This document shows, piece after piece, positions 33,829-44,815 of a stretch of DNA of 64,000 nt. The DNA is taken from the NCBI GenBank assembly GCA_964494625.1, contig CAZBRT010000004.1, positions 10,578 through 74,577 on the forward strand, written 5' to 3'. This DNA comes from an uncultured Flavobacteriaceae bacterium. GTDB lineage: Bacteria > Pseudomonadota > Alphaproteobacteria > Micropepsales > Micropepsaceae. The translations under genes were made by a program, and so were the position numbers. Under the pieces are notes generated by a model. That model ran no database searches and was not told the origin of the DNA. It was given only the letters and a program-made list of their open reading frames with translations. Every line of letters begins with the position of its first letter. Position 1 is the stretch's first letter.

Positions 33829-34203
33829 GAAATCCTCGTCTTGAGCTGGTGTAATGTTGACGTGCGGGCCGTAAACCTCAAATCCATCCCATGCAATGGG
33901 TAGATTACTGCTGATTGAGGATCATGTGATGACGCAACTTGGATCGATCCCAAAGTGAACGTTGCGTCACGGTGATTCCTCGCGTCATGGAGTGAAACTT
34001 TCGGGATGATCTCCAGCGGTCTCCGGCACTGAGCACCAAAAAAATGTCGCTGACGCCTGGACAAGATGTGGTGCATGGATTTTCCCTCTGCGCTATAAGT
34101 CGGCCTCCACGGTTTTCACCATGGCAAGAGCGGACGGACGGGCCTTTTTGCCCCGCATCTCCTAACCCGCTGTTTCCATTCAGCTATCAGGCCTTGAATT
34201 TCC

Positions 34204-35505
34204 ATGAACGCAACCCATTCGGCTTCTTCTGGTTCGACACACAGCGATTTCTTTGGCCGGTCGCTCCGTGACAGCGACGCCTCGCTCTTTGCGAGCATCG
34301 CGCATGAGCTTGAGCGCCAGCAGAACCAGATCGAGTTGATCGCATCCGAGAACATCGTCAGCCGCGCGGTTCTGGAGGCGCAGGGGTCGGTGCTCACGAA
34401 CAAATATGCCGAAGGCTATCCCGGCAAACGCTATTACGGCGGTTGCGAGTTTGTTGATGTCGCCGAATCGCTGGCGATCGAGCGCGCCTGCAAATTGTTC
34501 AACGCACGATTTGCCAATGTGCAACCCCATTCCGGCGCGCAGGCCAATCAGGCTGTGTTCATGGCGCTGATGCAGCCGGGCGATGTTTTCATGGGACTCA
34601 ATCTGGCAGCGGGCGGACATCTGACGCACGGCTCACCGGCCAACCAGTCGGGCAAATGGTTCAAGCCCGTTCCCTACACGGTCAAGCCGGACACGCATCT
34701 CATCGACATGGATGAGGTGGAGAAGCTGGCGCACGCCCACCGCCCCAAGATCATCATCGCGGGCGGTTCGGCCTATCCGCGCATCATCGACTTCCGCCGC
34801 TTCCGCGAGATTGCCGATGCAGTCGGCGCGTTCTTCATGGTCGATATGGCGCATTTTGCCGGACTTGTGGCAGGCGGCGTCCATCCCAATCCGGTGGAGC
34901 ATGCCCATGTCGTGACGACGACGACCCACAAGACTTTGCGCGGTCCGCGCGGCGGCATGGTGCTGACCAATCACGAGGACATTGCCAAGAAGATCAATTC
35001 GGCCGTGTTCCCCGGCCTGCAGGGCGGGCCGCTGATGCATGTGATCGCCGCCAAGGCTGTCGCATTCGGCGAGGCCCTGAAGCCCGAGTTCAAGCTCTAT
35101 GCCCGCAATGTCGTCGAGAACGCCAAGGCGCTTGCCGAAACATTGCGCTCGCGCGGTCTTGATATCGTCTCGGGCGGAACAGACACGCATGTGATGCTCG
35201 TTGATCTCCGGCCCAAGCGCGCCAAGGGCAACGAGGCCGAAAAGGCGCTCGAACACGCGAACATCACCTGCAACAAGAACGGCATCCCCTTTGATCCCGA
35301 AAAACCCGCCATCACTTCCGGCGTGCGTTTGGGCAGCCCGGCCGCGACGACAAGGGGCTTTGGCGTTGCCGAGTTCCGCCAGGTGGGCAACTGGATCGCC
35401 GACGTGGTTGACGCGCTGGGCACGTCAAACGACCTTGATGCGGTCACCTCGCGCGTGAAGGCCGAAGTCATTTCGCTCTGCCGCCGTTTCCCGATCTACG
35501 GCTGA
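34204..35505 (+). CDS. glyA: serine hydroxymethyltransferase
   Basis: [38 protein letters not shown] and [14 protein letters not shown] motifs. Confidence 0.97.
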   Translation: MNATHSASSGSTHSDFFGRSLRDSDASLFASIAHELERQQNQIELIASENIVSRAVLEAQGSVLTNKYAEGYPGKRYYGGCEFVDVAESLAIERACKLFNARFANVQPHSGAQANQAVFMALMQPGDVFMGLNLAAGGHLTHGSPANQSGKWFKPVPYTVKPDTHLIDMDEVEKLAHAHRPKIIIAGGSAYPRIIDFRRFREIADAVGAFFMVDMAHFAGLVAGGVHPNPVEHAHVVTTTTHKTLRGPRGGMVLTNHEDIAKKINSAVFPGLQGGPLMHVIAAKAVAFGEALKPEFKLYARNVVENAKALAETLRSRGLDIVSGGTDTHVMLVDLRPKRAKGNEAEKALEHANITCNKNGIPFDPEKPAITSGVRLGSPAATTRGFGVAEFRQVGNWIADVVDALGTSNDLDAVTSRVKAEVISLCRRFPIYG

Positions 35506-35514
35506 GGACACAAC

Positions 35515-35973
35515 ATGCGCTGTCCCTTTTGCGGCAATGACGACACCCAGGTGAAGGACAGCCGTCCCACCGAGGACAATTCGGCGATCCGCCGCCGGCG
35601 CTTCTGCACTGCGTGCGGTGCGCGCTTCACGACGTTCGAGCGCGTGCAGTTGCGCGAATTGATGGTCCTGAAGAAGAACAACCGCCGCGAGGCGTTTGAC
35701 CGTGAAAAGCTCCTGCGGTCCATCGAGCATGCGCTGCGCAAGCGCCCGGTCGATCCCGAGCGCATCGAGCGTCTGGTCAACGGCATTGTCCGCCGCCTTG
35801 AGAGCATGGGCGAGAGCGAGATCCAGAGTTCGGTGATCGGGCAATTGGTGATGGAGGGCCTCGCGGGCATTGATCCGGTCGCCTATGTGCGCTTTGCCTC
35901 GGTTTACAAGAATTTCCGTGAAGCCAAGGATTTCGAAGACTTCATCGGCCAGCAATACGGCGCCAAGGATTGA
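35515..35973 (+). CDS. nrdR: transcriptional repressor NrdR
   Basis: MRCPFCG...DTQVKDSRP zinc ribbon plus an ATP-cone. Confidence 0.95.
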   Translation: MRCPFCGNDDTQVKDSRPTEDNSAIRRRRFCTACGARFTTFERVQLRELMVLKKNNRREAFDREKLLRSIEHALRKRPVDPERIERLVNGIVRRLESMGESEIQSSVIGQLVMEGLAGIDPVAYVRFASVYKNFREAKDFEDFIGQQYGAKD

Positions 35974-37040
35974 GCACAAAGCCATCCCGACCGTCTGGCG
36001 ATGATGGGCGTTACATGGCGCTGGCGCTTTCGCTCGCGCGCAGAGGGCTGGGGCAGGTCGCTCCCAATCCCGCCGTGGGCTGCGTGATCGTTGACCGCGA
36101 CGGCCTTGTTGCCGGGCGCGGCTGGACCCAGAAGAGTGGCCGTCCCCATGCCGAAACCATGGCTCTGGCGCAGGCAGGCGCGCGGGCGTCCGGTGGGACC
36201 GCCTATGTCACGCTGGAACCCTGTTCGCATGTTGGCGAAACCGGCCCCTGTGCCGATGCGCTGGTGAAGGCCGGCATCGCGCGGGTTGTCTCGGCCATGC
36301 AGGACCCTGATCCGCGCGTGATGGGCTCTGGTCATGCGCGTCTTGCGCGTGCGGGGATTGAGGTCGTGACCGGCATCCACGAAGCCGAGGCACGCCGCTT
36401 GAACGAAGGTTTCATCCTGCGCGTGACGCAAGGCCGCCCGCTTGTGATCCTGAAGCTTGCGATGTCGATTGACGGGCGCATCGCGACTTCCAGCGGTGCG
36501 AGCCAATGGATCACCGGGGATGCAGCACGCGCGCATGGCCACATGCTGCGGGCAGGGGCCGACGCGATCCTGATCGGTGCGGGCACGGCGCTTGCCGATG
36601 ATCCAGCGCTTACCTGCCGCATCGCGGGTCTAGAGGAGCGCAGCCCCCTGCGTGTCGTTGCCGCAGGCAAGCGCGCCTTCAGGGTGCCGCAGCGTCTGGC
36701 CACTTCACAAGACAAGGCGCCGGTTCTCGTTCTGGGACCAGAGATTGACGCGCAAGATGCTGGCCGTCCCCGTCCCGCCGCCATCCTGAGTGCACTTGCC
36801 GCGCGCGGCATCACGCGGCTTTTGGTCGAAGGCGGCAGCACATTGGCAGGCGCGTTCCTGCGCGCCGGGCAGGTGGATGTGCTCTACGCCTATCGCGGTG
36901 CGGCCATGATCGGTGGTGATGGTCTTGCCGCCACGTCGCCGCTTGGCGCAACGGAAATGGCGCAGGTGGCGCGATTCCGGCTCGAATCCGTCACAACGCT
37001 GGGCGATGATGTGGTGGAAGTCTTCCGCCCGGCAGCGTAA
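35970..37040 (+). CDS. ribD: bifunctional diaminohydroxyphosphoribosylaminopyrimidine deaminase / 5-amino-6-(5-phosphoribosylamino)uracil reductase
   Basis: [10 protein letters not shown]...HAETMAL...TLEPCSH deaminase motifs plus a C-terminal reductase domain. TTG start at 35970; an alternative ATG lies at 36015. Confidence 0.9.
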   Translation: MSTKPSRPSGDDGRYMALALSLARRGLGQVAPNPAVGCVIVDRDGLVAGRGWTQKSGRPHAETMALAQAGARASGGTAYVTLEPCSHVGETGPCADALVKAGIARVVSAMQDPDPRVMGSGHARLARAGIEVVTGIHEAEARRLNEGFILRVTQGRPLVILKLAMSIDGRIATSSGASQWITGDAARAHGHMLRAGADAILIGAGTALADDPALTCRIAGLEERSPLRVVAAGKRAFRVPQRLATSQDKAPVLVLGPEIDAQDAGRPRPAAILSALAARGITRLLVEGGSTLAGAFLRAGQVDVLYAYRGAAMIGGDGLAATSPLGATEMAQVARFRLESVTTLGDDVVEVFRPAA

Positions 37041-37050
37041 AAGGCGCGCC

Positions 37051-37659
37051 ATGTTCACAGGCATCATCACTGATCTTGGCACGGTCCGGTCGATTTCGCG
37101 GCCGGGCGATACCCGCATCGAAATTGCTACCACCTATGATGTGGCGGGCATCGGGATCGGCGCGTCGATTGCCTGCTCGGGTCCGTGCCTTACGGTGATC
37201 GCGCGCGGTGTCTCGGGCAATGAGAACTGGTTTGCGGTTGAAGTCTCGGGTGAAACGCTGAGCAAGACCAATATCGGCACATGGCAAAAGGGCACAAGCA
37301 TCAACCTTGAGCGCGCGCTGCGCGTGGGTGATGAGTTGGGCGGGCACATTGTCACCGGTCATGTGGACGGGATCGGTCGCGTCGTGTCAGCTGACAGGGA
37401 TGCACAGTCACTGCGCGTGGTGATCGAGGCGCCCGAGGCGCTGATGCGCTACATCGCGCCCAAAGGTTCCATCTGTGTGGATGGCGTGTCGCTGACGGTC
37501 AACGAAGTGGCCGGTCGGCAGTTCGGCATCAATCTCATCCCCCACACGCAAAGTGTGACATCGCTCGGCGGACTTGCCGCAGGCCAGCAGGTCAATCTCG
37601 AGATCGATGCCCTGGCGCGCTATGTCGAGCGGCTGTTGCCGGGCGGAGCGCACACATGA
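37051..37659 (+). CDS. ribE: riboflavin synthase
   Basis: MFTGIITDLGTV N-terminus and the repeated SL(T)VN barrel motif. The ORF was trimmed to the ATG at 37051. Confidence 0.93.
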   Translation: MFTGIITDLGTVRSISRPGDTRIEIATTYDVAGIGIGASIACSGPCLTVIARGVSGNENWFAVEVSGETLSKTNIGTWQKGTSINLERALRVGDELGGHIVTGHVDGIGRVVSADRDAQSLRVVIEAPEALMRYIAPKGSICVDGVSLTVNEVAGRQFGINLIPHTQSVTSLGGLAAGQQVNLEIDALARYVERLLPGGAHT

Positions 37660-38774
37660 AGCATTATACCGACTACATCGCCTCCATTGAGGAAGTGATC
37701 GAGGACGCGCGCAACGGCAAGATGTTCATCCTTGTCGATGCGGAAGATCGCGAGAACGAGGGCGATCTCGTCATTCCCGCGCAGATGGCGACGCCGGACA
37801 AGATCAATTTCATGGCGCGCTTCGGGCGCGGCCTCATCTGTCTTGCGTTGACGAAGGACCGCGCCGAGCAGCTCAAGCTTGGCCCGATGGCTGCCACCAA
37901 CGCCACACGCCACGGCACGGCCTTCACCGTTTCCATCGAGGCCAAGGAAGGCATCTCGACCGGCATCTCGGCCCATGACCGCGCGCGCACGATTTCGGTT
38001 GCGATTGATCCGACCAAGGGAGCCGACGACATCGTCTCACCCGGTCATGTGTTTCCGCTGGTTGCACGTGCAGGCGGTGTGCTGGTGCGCACCGGTCATA
38101 CCGAGGCGGCGGTCGATATCTCGCGGCTGGCCGGTCTTTATCCTGCCGGTGTCATTTGCGAGATCATGAATGACGACGGCACCATGGCGCGGTTGCCGGA
38201 CCTGGTGAAGTTCGCGCAATTCCATGGTCTCAAGGTCGGCACGATCGAGGACCTGATCGAGTATCGCCGCCGCTATGACCATTTCATCCACCGCGCCATC
38301 GAGACCGAGTTCGACAGCGTGCATGGCGGGCACTTCAAGCTCTGCGTCTATATCAACACCATCGAATACGCCGAGCATCTGGCGCTGGTGAAGGGCGATC
38401 TGTCAGCACCCGGACCGGTTCTGGTGCGCATGCATGCCGCCAATGTGTTCGACGACCTTCTGGGTTCGGCGCATGGGCGCGACGACCTCATCCGCCAGTC
38501 GATGGAGATGATTGCTGAGGCGGGGCGGGGCGTGATCGTGCTCATCCGGGAATCGCGCTCGACCTATGTTTCCGACCTTCTGATGCGCACCACACCGCAA
38601 AAGCAGGGCGAGCCCCTGAAGGACTATGGCGTCGGCGCGCAGATATTGCTTGATCTGGGCGTCAGTGAAATGGTCCTTCTCACCCGCACGCCATCGAAGA
38701 AGATTGTCGGCCTTGACGGCTACGGCCTCAAGGTTGTTGAGCAGCGCGCCATTCCGCAGGAGAAGGGCAAATGA
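37656..38774 (+). CDS. ribB: 3,4-dihydroxy-2-butanone-4-phosphate synthase fused to a degenerate GTP-cyclohydrolase-II-like domain (RibBX-type)
   Basis: The N-terminal DHBP synthase domain is intact ([11 protein letters not shown]...TGHTEA). In the C-terminal domain the usual Cys/Zn motif region reads [20 protein letters not shown], with no Cys. Confidence 0.85.
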   Translation: MKHYTDYIASIEEVIEDARNGKMFILVDAEDRENEGDLVIPAQMATPDKINFMARFGRGLICLALTKDRAEQLKLGPMAATNATRHGTAFTVSIEAKEGISTGISAHDRARTISVAIDPTKGADDIVSPGHVFPLVARAGGVLVRTGHTEAAVDISRLAGLYPAGVICEIMNDDGTMARLPDLVKFAQFHGLKVGTIEDLIEYRRRYDHFIHRAIETEFDSVHGGHFKLCVYINTIEYAEHLALVKGDLSAPGPVLVRMHAANVFDDLLGSAHGRDDLIRQSMEMIAEAGRGVIVLIRESRSTYVSDLLMRTTPQKQGEPLKDYGVGAQILLDLGVSEMVLLTRTPSKKIVGLDGYGLKVVEQRAIPQEKGK

Positions 38775-39208
38775 GTGCGAGCCCCCGCGTGCTGATCGTC
38801 GAAGCGCGCTTCTATGACGACATTGCCGACGCGCTGCTTGAGGGCGCGACGCTTGCGCTGACAAAGAGCGGTGCCGTGTTTGAAACGATCACCGTACCTG
38901 GCGCGCTGGAAATTCCCGGCGCCATCGCGTTCGCGGCAGCGACTGGGCGCTATGACGGGTTTGTCGCGCTTGGCTGCGTGATCCGCGGCGAGACCACACA
39001 TTATGAGATCGTCTCGAACGAGAGTGCGCGCGGGTTGATGGACCTGACAGTCGCGCGCGGCCTTGCCATCGGCAACGGCATCATCACGGTTGAGAATGAG
39101 GATCAGGCCTGGGCGCGTGCGCGGGCCAGCGATCTGGACAAGGGTGGTGGTGCCGCCGCCGCCTGTATCGCCATGATGGCGCTTAAGAGGCAATTTGCCC
39201 ATGGCTGA
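38771..39208 (+). CDS. ribH: 6,7-dimethyl-8-ribityllumazine synthase
   Basis: [10 protein letters not shown]...[13 protein letters not shown] motifs. Confidence 0.93.
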   Translation: MSASPRVLIVEARFYDDIADALLEGATLALTKSGAVFETITVPGALEIPGAIAFAAATGRYDGFVALGCVIRGETTHYEIVSNESARGLMDLTVARGLAIGNGIITVENEDQAWARARASDLDKGGGAAAACIAMMALKRQFAHG

Positions 39209-39707
39209 AATTCCCGGAAATCCTGATGCGTTGCCCCTGCGCACGCTGCGATATCGCGCGCGGCTGGGTGCTGTGCAGGGCCTCTACCGGATGGACATCG
39301 CAGGTGACCAGCTTGAGGACGTGATCGAGGATTTTCTGGATCACCATCTTGGCCATCATCCGGGCGGTGGTGGCCCCGATGCGCTGGGTGAGGCCGATGA
39401 CACGCATTTCGGTTTCCTGATGCGCGGCGTTGCCGACCGGCAGGTGGAAGTTGACCGCGCCATCGAAAGCCAGCTTGCTGAAGGGTGGACCCTGCCGCGC
39501 CTTGATACGACGGTGCGCGCCATCCTGCGCGCGGGCGTGTTCGAACTGATGGCGGCCGGCAGTGTTCCGCCGCGCGTCATCATTGACGAGTATGTCAGCA
39601 TCGCCGACAGCTTCTTTGATGACGCGGAAGTTCGGTTCATCAACGGTGTGCTGGATGCCCTCGCGCGCCGGTTGCGACCCAAGGACATGCATGGGACGCA
39701 GGATTGA
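39195..39707 (+). CDS. nusB: transcription antitermination factor NusB
   Basis: 170 aa in the conserved ribH-nusB-thiL position. ILRAGVFEL...IDEYV motif. Confidence 0.9.
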   Translation: MPMAEIPGNPDALPLRTLRYRARLGAVQGLYRMDIAGDQLEDVIEDFLDHHLGHHPGGGGPDALGEADDTHFGFLMRGVADRQVEVDRAIESQLAEGWTLPRLDTTVRAILRAGVFELMAAGSVPPRVIIDEYVSIADSFFDDAEVRFINGVLDALARRLRPKDMHGTQD

Positions 39708-40695
39708 AAGGCCGAGAGCTGATGCGCGGGGCGAGTTCGGCCTGATCGCGCGTTTCCTTGCGCCGCTTGCCCGCGATGTGCCGGGTGCCTTTGGCCTTCT
39801 TGACGATGCGGCCACGCTTTCCGTACCTGCCGGGCACGAGCTCGTTGTCACGACAGATGCCCTCGTCGCGGGCGTCCATTTCTTGCCGGATGATCCGCCA
39901 GACCTCATTGCCCGAAAGCTGTTGCGCGTCAATCTTTCCGACTTGGCGGCCAAGGGCGCGAAATCCTTTGCCTATGCGATGATGCTGGCACTGCCCGCGC
40001 GCGATGACAGGTTTTTGGCCGCATTCGCGCGCGGCCTGAAAACCGATCAGGACAGGTTCGGCATCAGGCTCATCGGCGGCGATACAGTCAGGATGCCCGG
40101 GCCACTCACGCTCTCAGTCACCATGTTCGGGCTTGTGCGCAAGGGAATGATGATCCGCCGCGACGCTGCGAAGCCGGGCGACCTTGTGTGCGTGACCGGC
40201 AATATCGGCGATGCCGGGATAGGACTTGCCTGTTTGCAGCATCGCGCTGCCGGCATGTCGGCGGCTGACCGGAAACACTTCGTCAGTCGATATCATGTGC
40301 CGGAACCGCGCGTGGATTTTGGCCGCGCCCTTTCCGGGATCGCTCATGCTGCCATGGATGTGTCCGACGGGCTTGCCGCCGATCTTGCCAAGCTTTGCAG
40401 CGCTTCTTGTGTCGGCGCGGTCCTGCGGATGGGAGACATTCCGCTTTCGCCCGCGCTGGCGCGGCTGGTACAAAAGGCAGTCGGCCTTCGCAAGGACGCG
40501 ATGGTTGCAGGCGATGACTACGAGATTTTGTTTGCCGTGGCCCCCTCGCGTATTGAGCAGGTCCTGGCGGTTTCCCGACGCACGGGTGTCCGCGTGACCA
40601 TCATTGGTGAGGTCACGAAACGGCGCGGACTTTCGGTCGTTGATGAGGCAGGTCGCCGCGTTCGTCCAGGCCGTTCAGGTTTCGAGCACTTCTGA
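39691..40695 (+). CDS. thiL: thiamine-monophosphate kinase
   Basis: GEFGLIARFLAPL...DDAA...TTDALVAGVHF and GGDT motifs. Start trimmed to the ATG at 39691. Confidence 0.9.
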   Translation: MGRRIERPRADARGEFGLIARFLAPLARDVPGAFGLLDDAATLSVPAGHELVVTTDALVAGVHFLPDDPPDLIARKLLRVNLSDLAAKGAKSFAYAMMLALPARDDRFLAAFARGLKTDQDRFGIRLIGGDTVRMPGPLTLSVTMFGLVRKGMMIRRDAAKPGDLVCVTGNIGDAGIGLACLQHRAAGMSAADRKHFVSRYHVPEPRVDFGRALSGIAHAAMDVSDGLAADLAKLCSASCVGAVLRMGDIPLSPALARLVQKAVGLRKDAMVAGDDYEILFAVAPSRIEQVLAVSRRTGVRVTIIGEVTKRRGLSVVDEAGRRVRPGRSGFEHF

Positions 40696-40700
40696 CTGCA

Positions 40701-40729
40701 CCCATTCATCAACACCCCATTCATCAACA
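40701..40729. repeat. tandem direct repeat CC(C)ATTCATCAACA x2
   Basis: cccattcatcaaca / ccccattcatcaaca are adjacent copies in the thiL-40762 intergenic region. Confidence 0.9.
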
Positions 40730-40761
40730 ATGCGTTAAGGCGCCAGCGCTATGGTTGGACC

Positions 40762-41313
40762 ATGCAGCGCGCTTTCCTTTTCATTGCCGCAATGATGCTT
40801 GTCTTCGGGCAGGGCTTTGGCGCGCCGATGCGCGCGCTGGCTGAATCGGACGCTGCGGACGACGCGGCTGCTGCCGATGGGACGGAGGAAGTCTCCGAAG
40901 AAGACGCTGGCGGCGGCGGTCCGCTTGACTCAAATGACGGCGTTGTCGAGATGCCGATGCTGGTCGCGCCGGTCACGGTCAATGGCCGACTGCATTATTA
41001 CGCTTTCATGCAGGTGAAGCTCGAAGCAGCCAATTTCGACGGTGCGCTTTTGATCCGCGAGAAGGTCGCGTTCATCCAGGACGGATTCCTGCGCGAGGTT
41101 CACCGGGCCTCGATCGCGCTCAATGGCGACCCAAAGACCATCGACGGTGAAGGGTTGAAGCGGCGCCTGATGCTGGTCTGTGATTCGGTTCTGGGTCCGG
41201 GCGTCGTCATCAACATCAAGTTTGGCGAAACGGCTGAAGCCGAAGAATCCGCCGATGCCGGGTCGGTTGACGCCGGATCCCATGGCGAAAGTGCCGCCGC
41301 TGGCGGCCATTGA
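40762..41313 (+). CDS. secreted hypothetical protein (acidic; FliL-like core is only a guess)
   Basis: Signal peptide MQRAFLFIAAMMLVFGQGFGAP. Has acidic low-complexity ends. No family confirmed. Confidence 0.55.
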   Translation: MQRAFLFIAAMMLVFGQGFGAPMRALAESDAADDAAAADGTEEVSEEDAGGGGPLDSNDGVVEMPMLVAPVTVNGRLHYYAFMQVKLEAANFDGALLIREKVAFIQDGFLREVHRASIALNGDPKTIDGEGLKRRLMLVCDSVLGPGVVINIKFGETAEAEESADAGSVDAGSHGESAAAGGH

Positions 41314-41463
41314 AGCCCGGTTCCGGCCCGGCAAGTCCCGTGGTTGAACCGTCAAAACCCTGAAAATCCGTGATTGGGGATTTGCGTCGGCCCCCTTCCT
41401 TTGGCATATACCCCGCCCATTCCGGGGGCCCGGCTGCGGGCAGAAGACCCAAGGGGACATTAC

Positions 41464-43608
41464 ATGGATATGCAAATGATGCTGTGGCTGGTGATCGGCT
41501 GTGGCGCGCTTTCGCTGCTTTACGGTGCCTGGGCCACCAGTTCCGTCATGGCGGCCAGCACCGGCAATGACCGCATGCGCGAAATCGCTGCGGCCATCCA
41601 GGAGGGCGCACGCGCCTATCTCAACCGCCAGTACACGACGATCGCCCTTGTGGGCGCGGTTGTTGCGGGGCTCCTGTTCTGGGCGCTCGGCACGTATGTC
41701 GCGGTCGGGTTCGTGATCGGGGCTGTTGCGTCCGGCGTTGCGGGCTATATCGGCATGACCGTATCGGTTCGCGCCAATGTCCGCACGGCGGAGGGCTCGC
41801 GCAAGGGTCTCGCCTTCGGCCTCAACATCGCCTTCAAGGCCGGCGCGATCACCGGCATGCTCGTTGCCGGTTTGGCGCTTCTGGCCGTCACCGGTTACTA
41901 CATGTTCCTGACGCTGGGTCTTGGCCTGACCGGCAGCGACCGTGTGCTGATCGACGGTCTTGTCGCTCTCGGCTTTGGCGCTTCGCTGATCTCGATCTTC
42001 GCGCGTCTGGGCGGCGGCATTTTCACCAAAGGCGCCGACGTCGGCGGTGACATGGTGGGCAAGGTCGAGGCGGGCATTCCCGAAGATGATCCCCGCAATC
42101 CTGCCACCATTGCCGACAATGTGGGCGACAACGTGGGCGATTGCGCGGGCATGGCCGCGGACCTGTTCGAGACCTACGCGGTCTCGGCGGTTGCGACCAT
42201 TGTGCTTGCTGCCATCTTCTTCTCGGGCGCTGCCGAAACTTCGGCGATGTTCTATCCGCTGGCCGTCGGCGGCGCGTGCATCATCACCTCGATCATGGGC
42301 ACGTTCTTCGTGCGCCTTGGCAAGAAGCAGAACATCATGGGCGCCCTCTACAAGGGCCTCATCGCGACAGGCGTGTTCTCGCTTGCCGCCCTCTGGCCGG
42401 TCACGGATTACGTGCTCGGCATGGACACGCGCTTTGTGGCGACGGGTTCTGATGTCGCCTTCACCGGAATGGATCTCTACTTCTGCGGCGTGATTGGCAT
42501 GGCGGTCACCGCTGCCATCGTCTGGATCACCGAGTACTACACGGGTACCGGCTATCGCCCTGTCGTCTCGGTCGCGCAGGCATCGGTCACAGGTCACGGC
42601 ACAAACGTGATCCAGGGCCTTGCCGTGTCGATGGAGTCGACGGCGCTGCCGGTGCTTACGATCGTTGCGGGCATTGTCGGCTGTTTCACGCTGGCAGGTC
42701 TCTTCGGCGTTGCCGTTGCGGTGACGACGATGCTGTCGCTGGCCGGCATGATCGTTGCGCTCGACGCCTTCGGCCCGGTGACCGACAATGCCGGCGGCAT
42801 TGCCGAAATGTCGGGCCTCGACAAGGAAGTCCGCAAGACGACCGACGCGCTGGACGCGGTGGGCAACACCACCAAGGCCGTGACCAAGGGTTATGCGATT
42901 GGTTCGGCCGGCATGGGCGCGCTGGTTCTCTTTGCCGCCTACACGGAAGACCTGAAATACTTCGCCGCGAATGCGACGGAGTACACCTATTTTGCGGGTG
43001 TCGTGCCGGATTTCAGCCTGGCAAGCCCATGGGTCGTGATCGGTCTCTTCCTCGGTGGCCTTCTGCCTTACCTCTTCGGCGGCATGAGCATGACGGCCGT
43101 TGGTCGTGCGGCGCAGTCAGTGGTGGAAGAAGTCCGTCGCCAGTTCCGCGAAGACAAGGGCATCATGGCCGGCACGTCGAAGCCGAACTATGGCCGCGCC
43201 GTTGACTTGCTGACCAAGGCCGCGATCAAGGAAATGATTGTTCCCTCGCTCCTGCCAGTCCTCTCGCCCTTCGCGCTCTATTTCGCGGTGCTGGCAATTG
43301 CCGACAAGAGCGCGGCATTCTCTGCGGTCGGCGCGATGCTTCTGGGCGTGATCGTGACGGGCCTGTTTGTCGCCATCTCGATGACGTCGGGCGGCGGCGC
43401 ATGGGACAATGCGAAGAAGTCCTTCGAGGACGGCTTTACCGACAAGGCCGGCGTCAAGCACTTCAAGGGTTCCGACGCACACAAATCATCCGTGACGGGT
43501 GATACGGTCGGCGACCCCTACAAGGACACGGCGGGTCCGGCGGTCAATCCCCTCATCAAGATCACGAACATCGTGGCCTTGCTGCTCTTGGCGATCCTCG
43601 CCCACTGA
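41464..43608 (+). CDS. hppA: membrane-bound proton/sodium-translocating pyrophosphatase
   Basis: [39 protein letters not shown] and [14 protein letters not shown] motifs. Start set to MDMQMML at 41464. Confidence 0.96.
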   Translation: MDMQMMLWLVIGCGALSLLYGAWATSSVMAASTGNDRMREIAAAIQEGARAYLNRQYTTIALVGAVVAGLLFWALGTYVAVGFVIGAVASGVAGYIGMTVSVRANVRTAEGSRKGLAFGLNIAFKAGAITGMLVAGLALLAVTGYYMFLTLGLGLTGSDRVLIDGLVALGFGASLISIFARLGGGIFTKGADVGGDMVGKVEAGIPEDDPRNPATIADNVGDNVGDCAGMAADLFETYAVSAVATIVLAAIFFSGAAETSAMFYPLAVGGACIITSIMGTFFVRLGKKQNIMGALYKGLIATGVFSLAALWPVTDYVLGMDTRFVATGSDVAFTGMDLYFCGVIGMAVTAAIVWITEYYTGTGYRPVVSVAQASVTGHGTNVIQGLAVSMESTALPVLTIVAGIVGCFTLAGLFGVAVAVTTMLSLAGMIVALDAFGPVTDNAGGIAEMSGLDKEVRKTTDALDAVGNTTKAVTKGYAIGSAGMGALVLFAAYTEDLKYFAANATEYTYFAGVVPDFSLASPWVVIGLFLGGLLPYLFGGMSMTAVGRAAQSVVEEVRRQFREDKGIMAGTSKPNYGRAVDLLTKAAIKEMIVPSLLPVLSPFALYFAVLAIADKSAAFSAVGAMLLGVIVTGLFVAISMTSGGGAWDNAKKSFEDGFTDKAGVKHFKGSDAHKSSVTGDTVGDPYKDTAGPAVNPLIKITNIVALLLLAILAH

Positions 43609-43630
43609 CACCCAGGCTGTAACCGAAAGA

Positions 43631-43664
43631 AAAGGGGCGGTTCAGATCGAACCGCCCCTTTTTC
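43631..43664. terminator. bidirectional rho-independent terminator
   Basis: GGGGCGGTTC-agatc-GAACCGCCCC 10-bp stem, followed by TTTTT and preceded by an A-rich run, between convergent hppA and bamE. Confidence 0.85.
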
Positions 43665-43684
43665 CTTTTCAGTACCAGACGGAC

Positions 43685-44149
43685 TTAGCGCCCGGGTTCG
43701 GAGGTCGTGATCGGCGCCTTGCCGACATTGCCGAACATCTGCTGGAGGAAGGTCAGTTCGCGTCCGCGGCTGGGCGTTTCTTCATCATTGAAGGCAACGA
43801 CCCGGCCATCGGCGAGGCCATAGATCTCCGTGCGCGCCACGACATCGTTCTCGTCGAAAACGATGGCAAAGATGCGCCTGTCGGTATGTTCAGGGCGATA
43901 GAACGAGAATTGCGCCTCGGTCGCCGAAACATAGTACCAGGTGCGGTCACCGAAATTGGAGCGGTTGGTGGGCGTACCCAGGGCCGCCTCGACCGTTGTG
44001 GCCGTGTCGGTGCCCGGTACAATCGCCTCCTGCTTGGGAACATCGGCGATGTAGCCGCGCTCGGTCACAACAGGCGAGCATGCGGCAAGCGGCAAAAGGA
44101 TGGCAGCCCCGGCAAGAAGATGCATGCAAAAACGCTTCATGTAAGACAA
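43685..44149 (-). CDS. bamE: outer membrane protein assembly factor BamE (SmpA/OmlA lipoprotein)
   Basis: Lipobox LPLAAC, then ERGYIAD...VEAALGTPT...WYYV, typical of BamE. Confidence 0.85.
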   Translation of the reverse strand: MSYMKRFCMHLLAGAAILLPLAACSPVVTERGYIADVPKQEAIVPGTDTATTVEAALGTPTNRSNFGDRTWYYVSATEAQFSFYRPEHTDRRIFAIVFDENDVVARTEIYGLADGRVVAFNDEETPSRGRELTFLQQMFGNVGKAPITTSEPGR

Positions 44150-44212
44150 ACCTCGCTGGCGTGATGCCCCGTTCCAGTTGACCTACCCCCTTGAGGGGCT
44201 ATTTTCAAGGCG

Positions 44213-44815
44213 ATGAGCACCACCTTTCCAGGATCCGGTATCCTTGCGGGCGCGGCCCGGCAGGTCCGCCGCCTTTTTTCGCCTGCGCCTGAACGGGTCA
44301 GGGCCGACAGGATTTTGGCCAGGATCATCGGCCATGTCCGCAACCCCGGCTTTTACCAGGCGGGCGGGGTCGCAGATACGATCGACGGCCGGTTTGACCT
44401 GATGGCGCTGCATGTGGCCGCCATGGTTCATGCGCTGCGGCAGCAAGGCCAAGAGGGCGCGCTCGCGGGCCGGGCGCTTGAAGAGGCGATGTTTGACAAT
44501 CTTGATGCCGCCATGCGCGAGCAGGGGATCAGCGACATGGGCGTGCCGCGCCGGATGAAATCCCTGTCATCTGCCTGGTTCGGTCGGCTCATTGCCTACG
44601 GCAAGGCATTTGCCACAAGCGATCCGGCGGAAATGAGTGAAATCCTGCTGCGCAATCTTTATCGTGGCGTGCCGCCTTCCGCGCCCCAAATCGCCACGAT
44701 GGTCGACTATGTTGGCGCCCTCAATGCGGCGCTTGCCGCGCAAGGTGCTGCCATCCTTCACACCGAGAATGTATTCATGGCGGATGTGCCGAGTGACGGA
44801 AGAATGCCGACATGA
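44213..44815 (+). CDS. ubiquinol-cytochrome c chaperone (Cbp3-like) family protein
   Basis: GVADTIDGRFDLMALHVAAMVHAL...MREQGISDMGVPRRMKSL matches the Ubiq_cyt_C_chap pattern. Confidence 0.8.
   Translation: MSTTFPGSGILAGAARQVRRLFSPAPERVRADRILARIIGHVRNPGFYQAGGVADTIDGRFDLMALHVAAMVHALRQQGQEGALAGRALEEAMFDNLDAAMREQGISDMGVPRRMKSLSSAWFGRLIAYGKAFATSDPAEMSEILLRNLYRGVPPSAPQIATMVDYVGALNAALAAQGAAILHTENVFMADVPSDGRMPT

Noticed and set aside
34040-34203. Possible ZTP (pfl) or other riboswitch in the glyA leader.
   Set aside because: I could not find the conserved ZTP elements (for example a CCGCCTGGGC-like 3' subdomain) or any other riboswitch core that I know. Only generic hairpin potential is present.
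35506-36020. FMN riboswitch ahead of the rib operon, or a TPP riboswitch ahead of thiL.
   Set aside because: The genes are tightly packed (nrdR-ribD overlap, nusB-thiL overlap), which leaves no leader long enough. No conserved riboswitch cores were seen.
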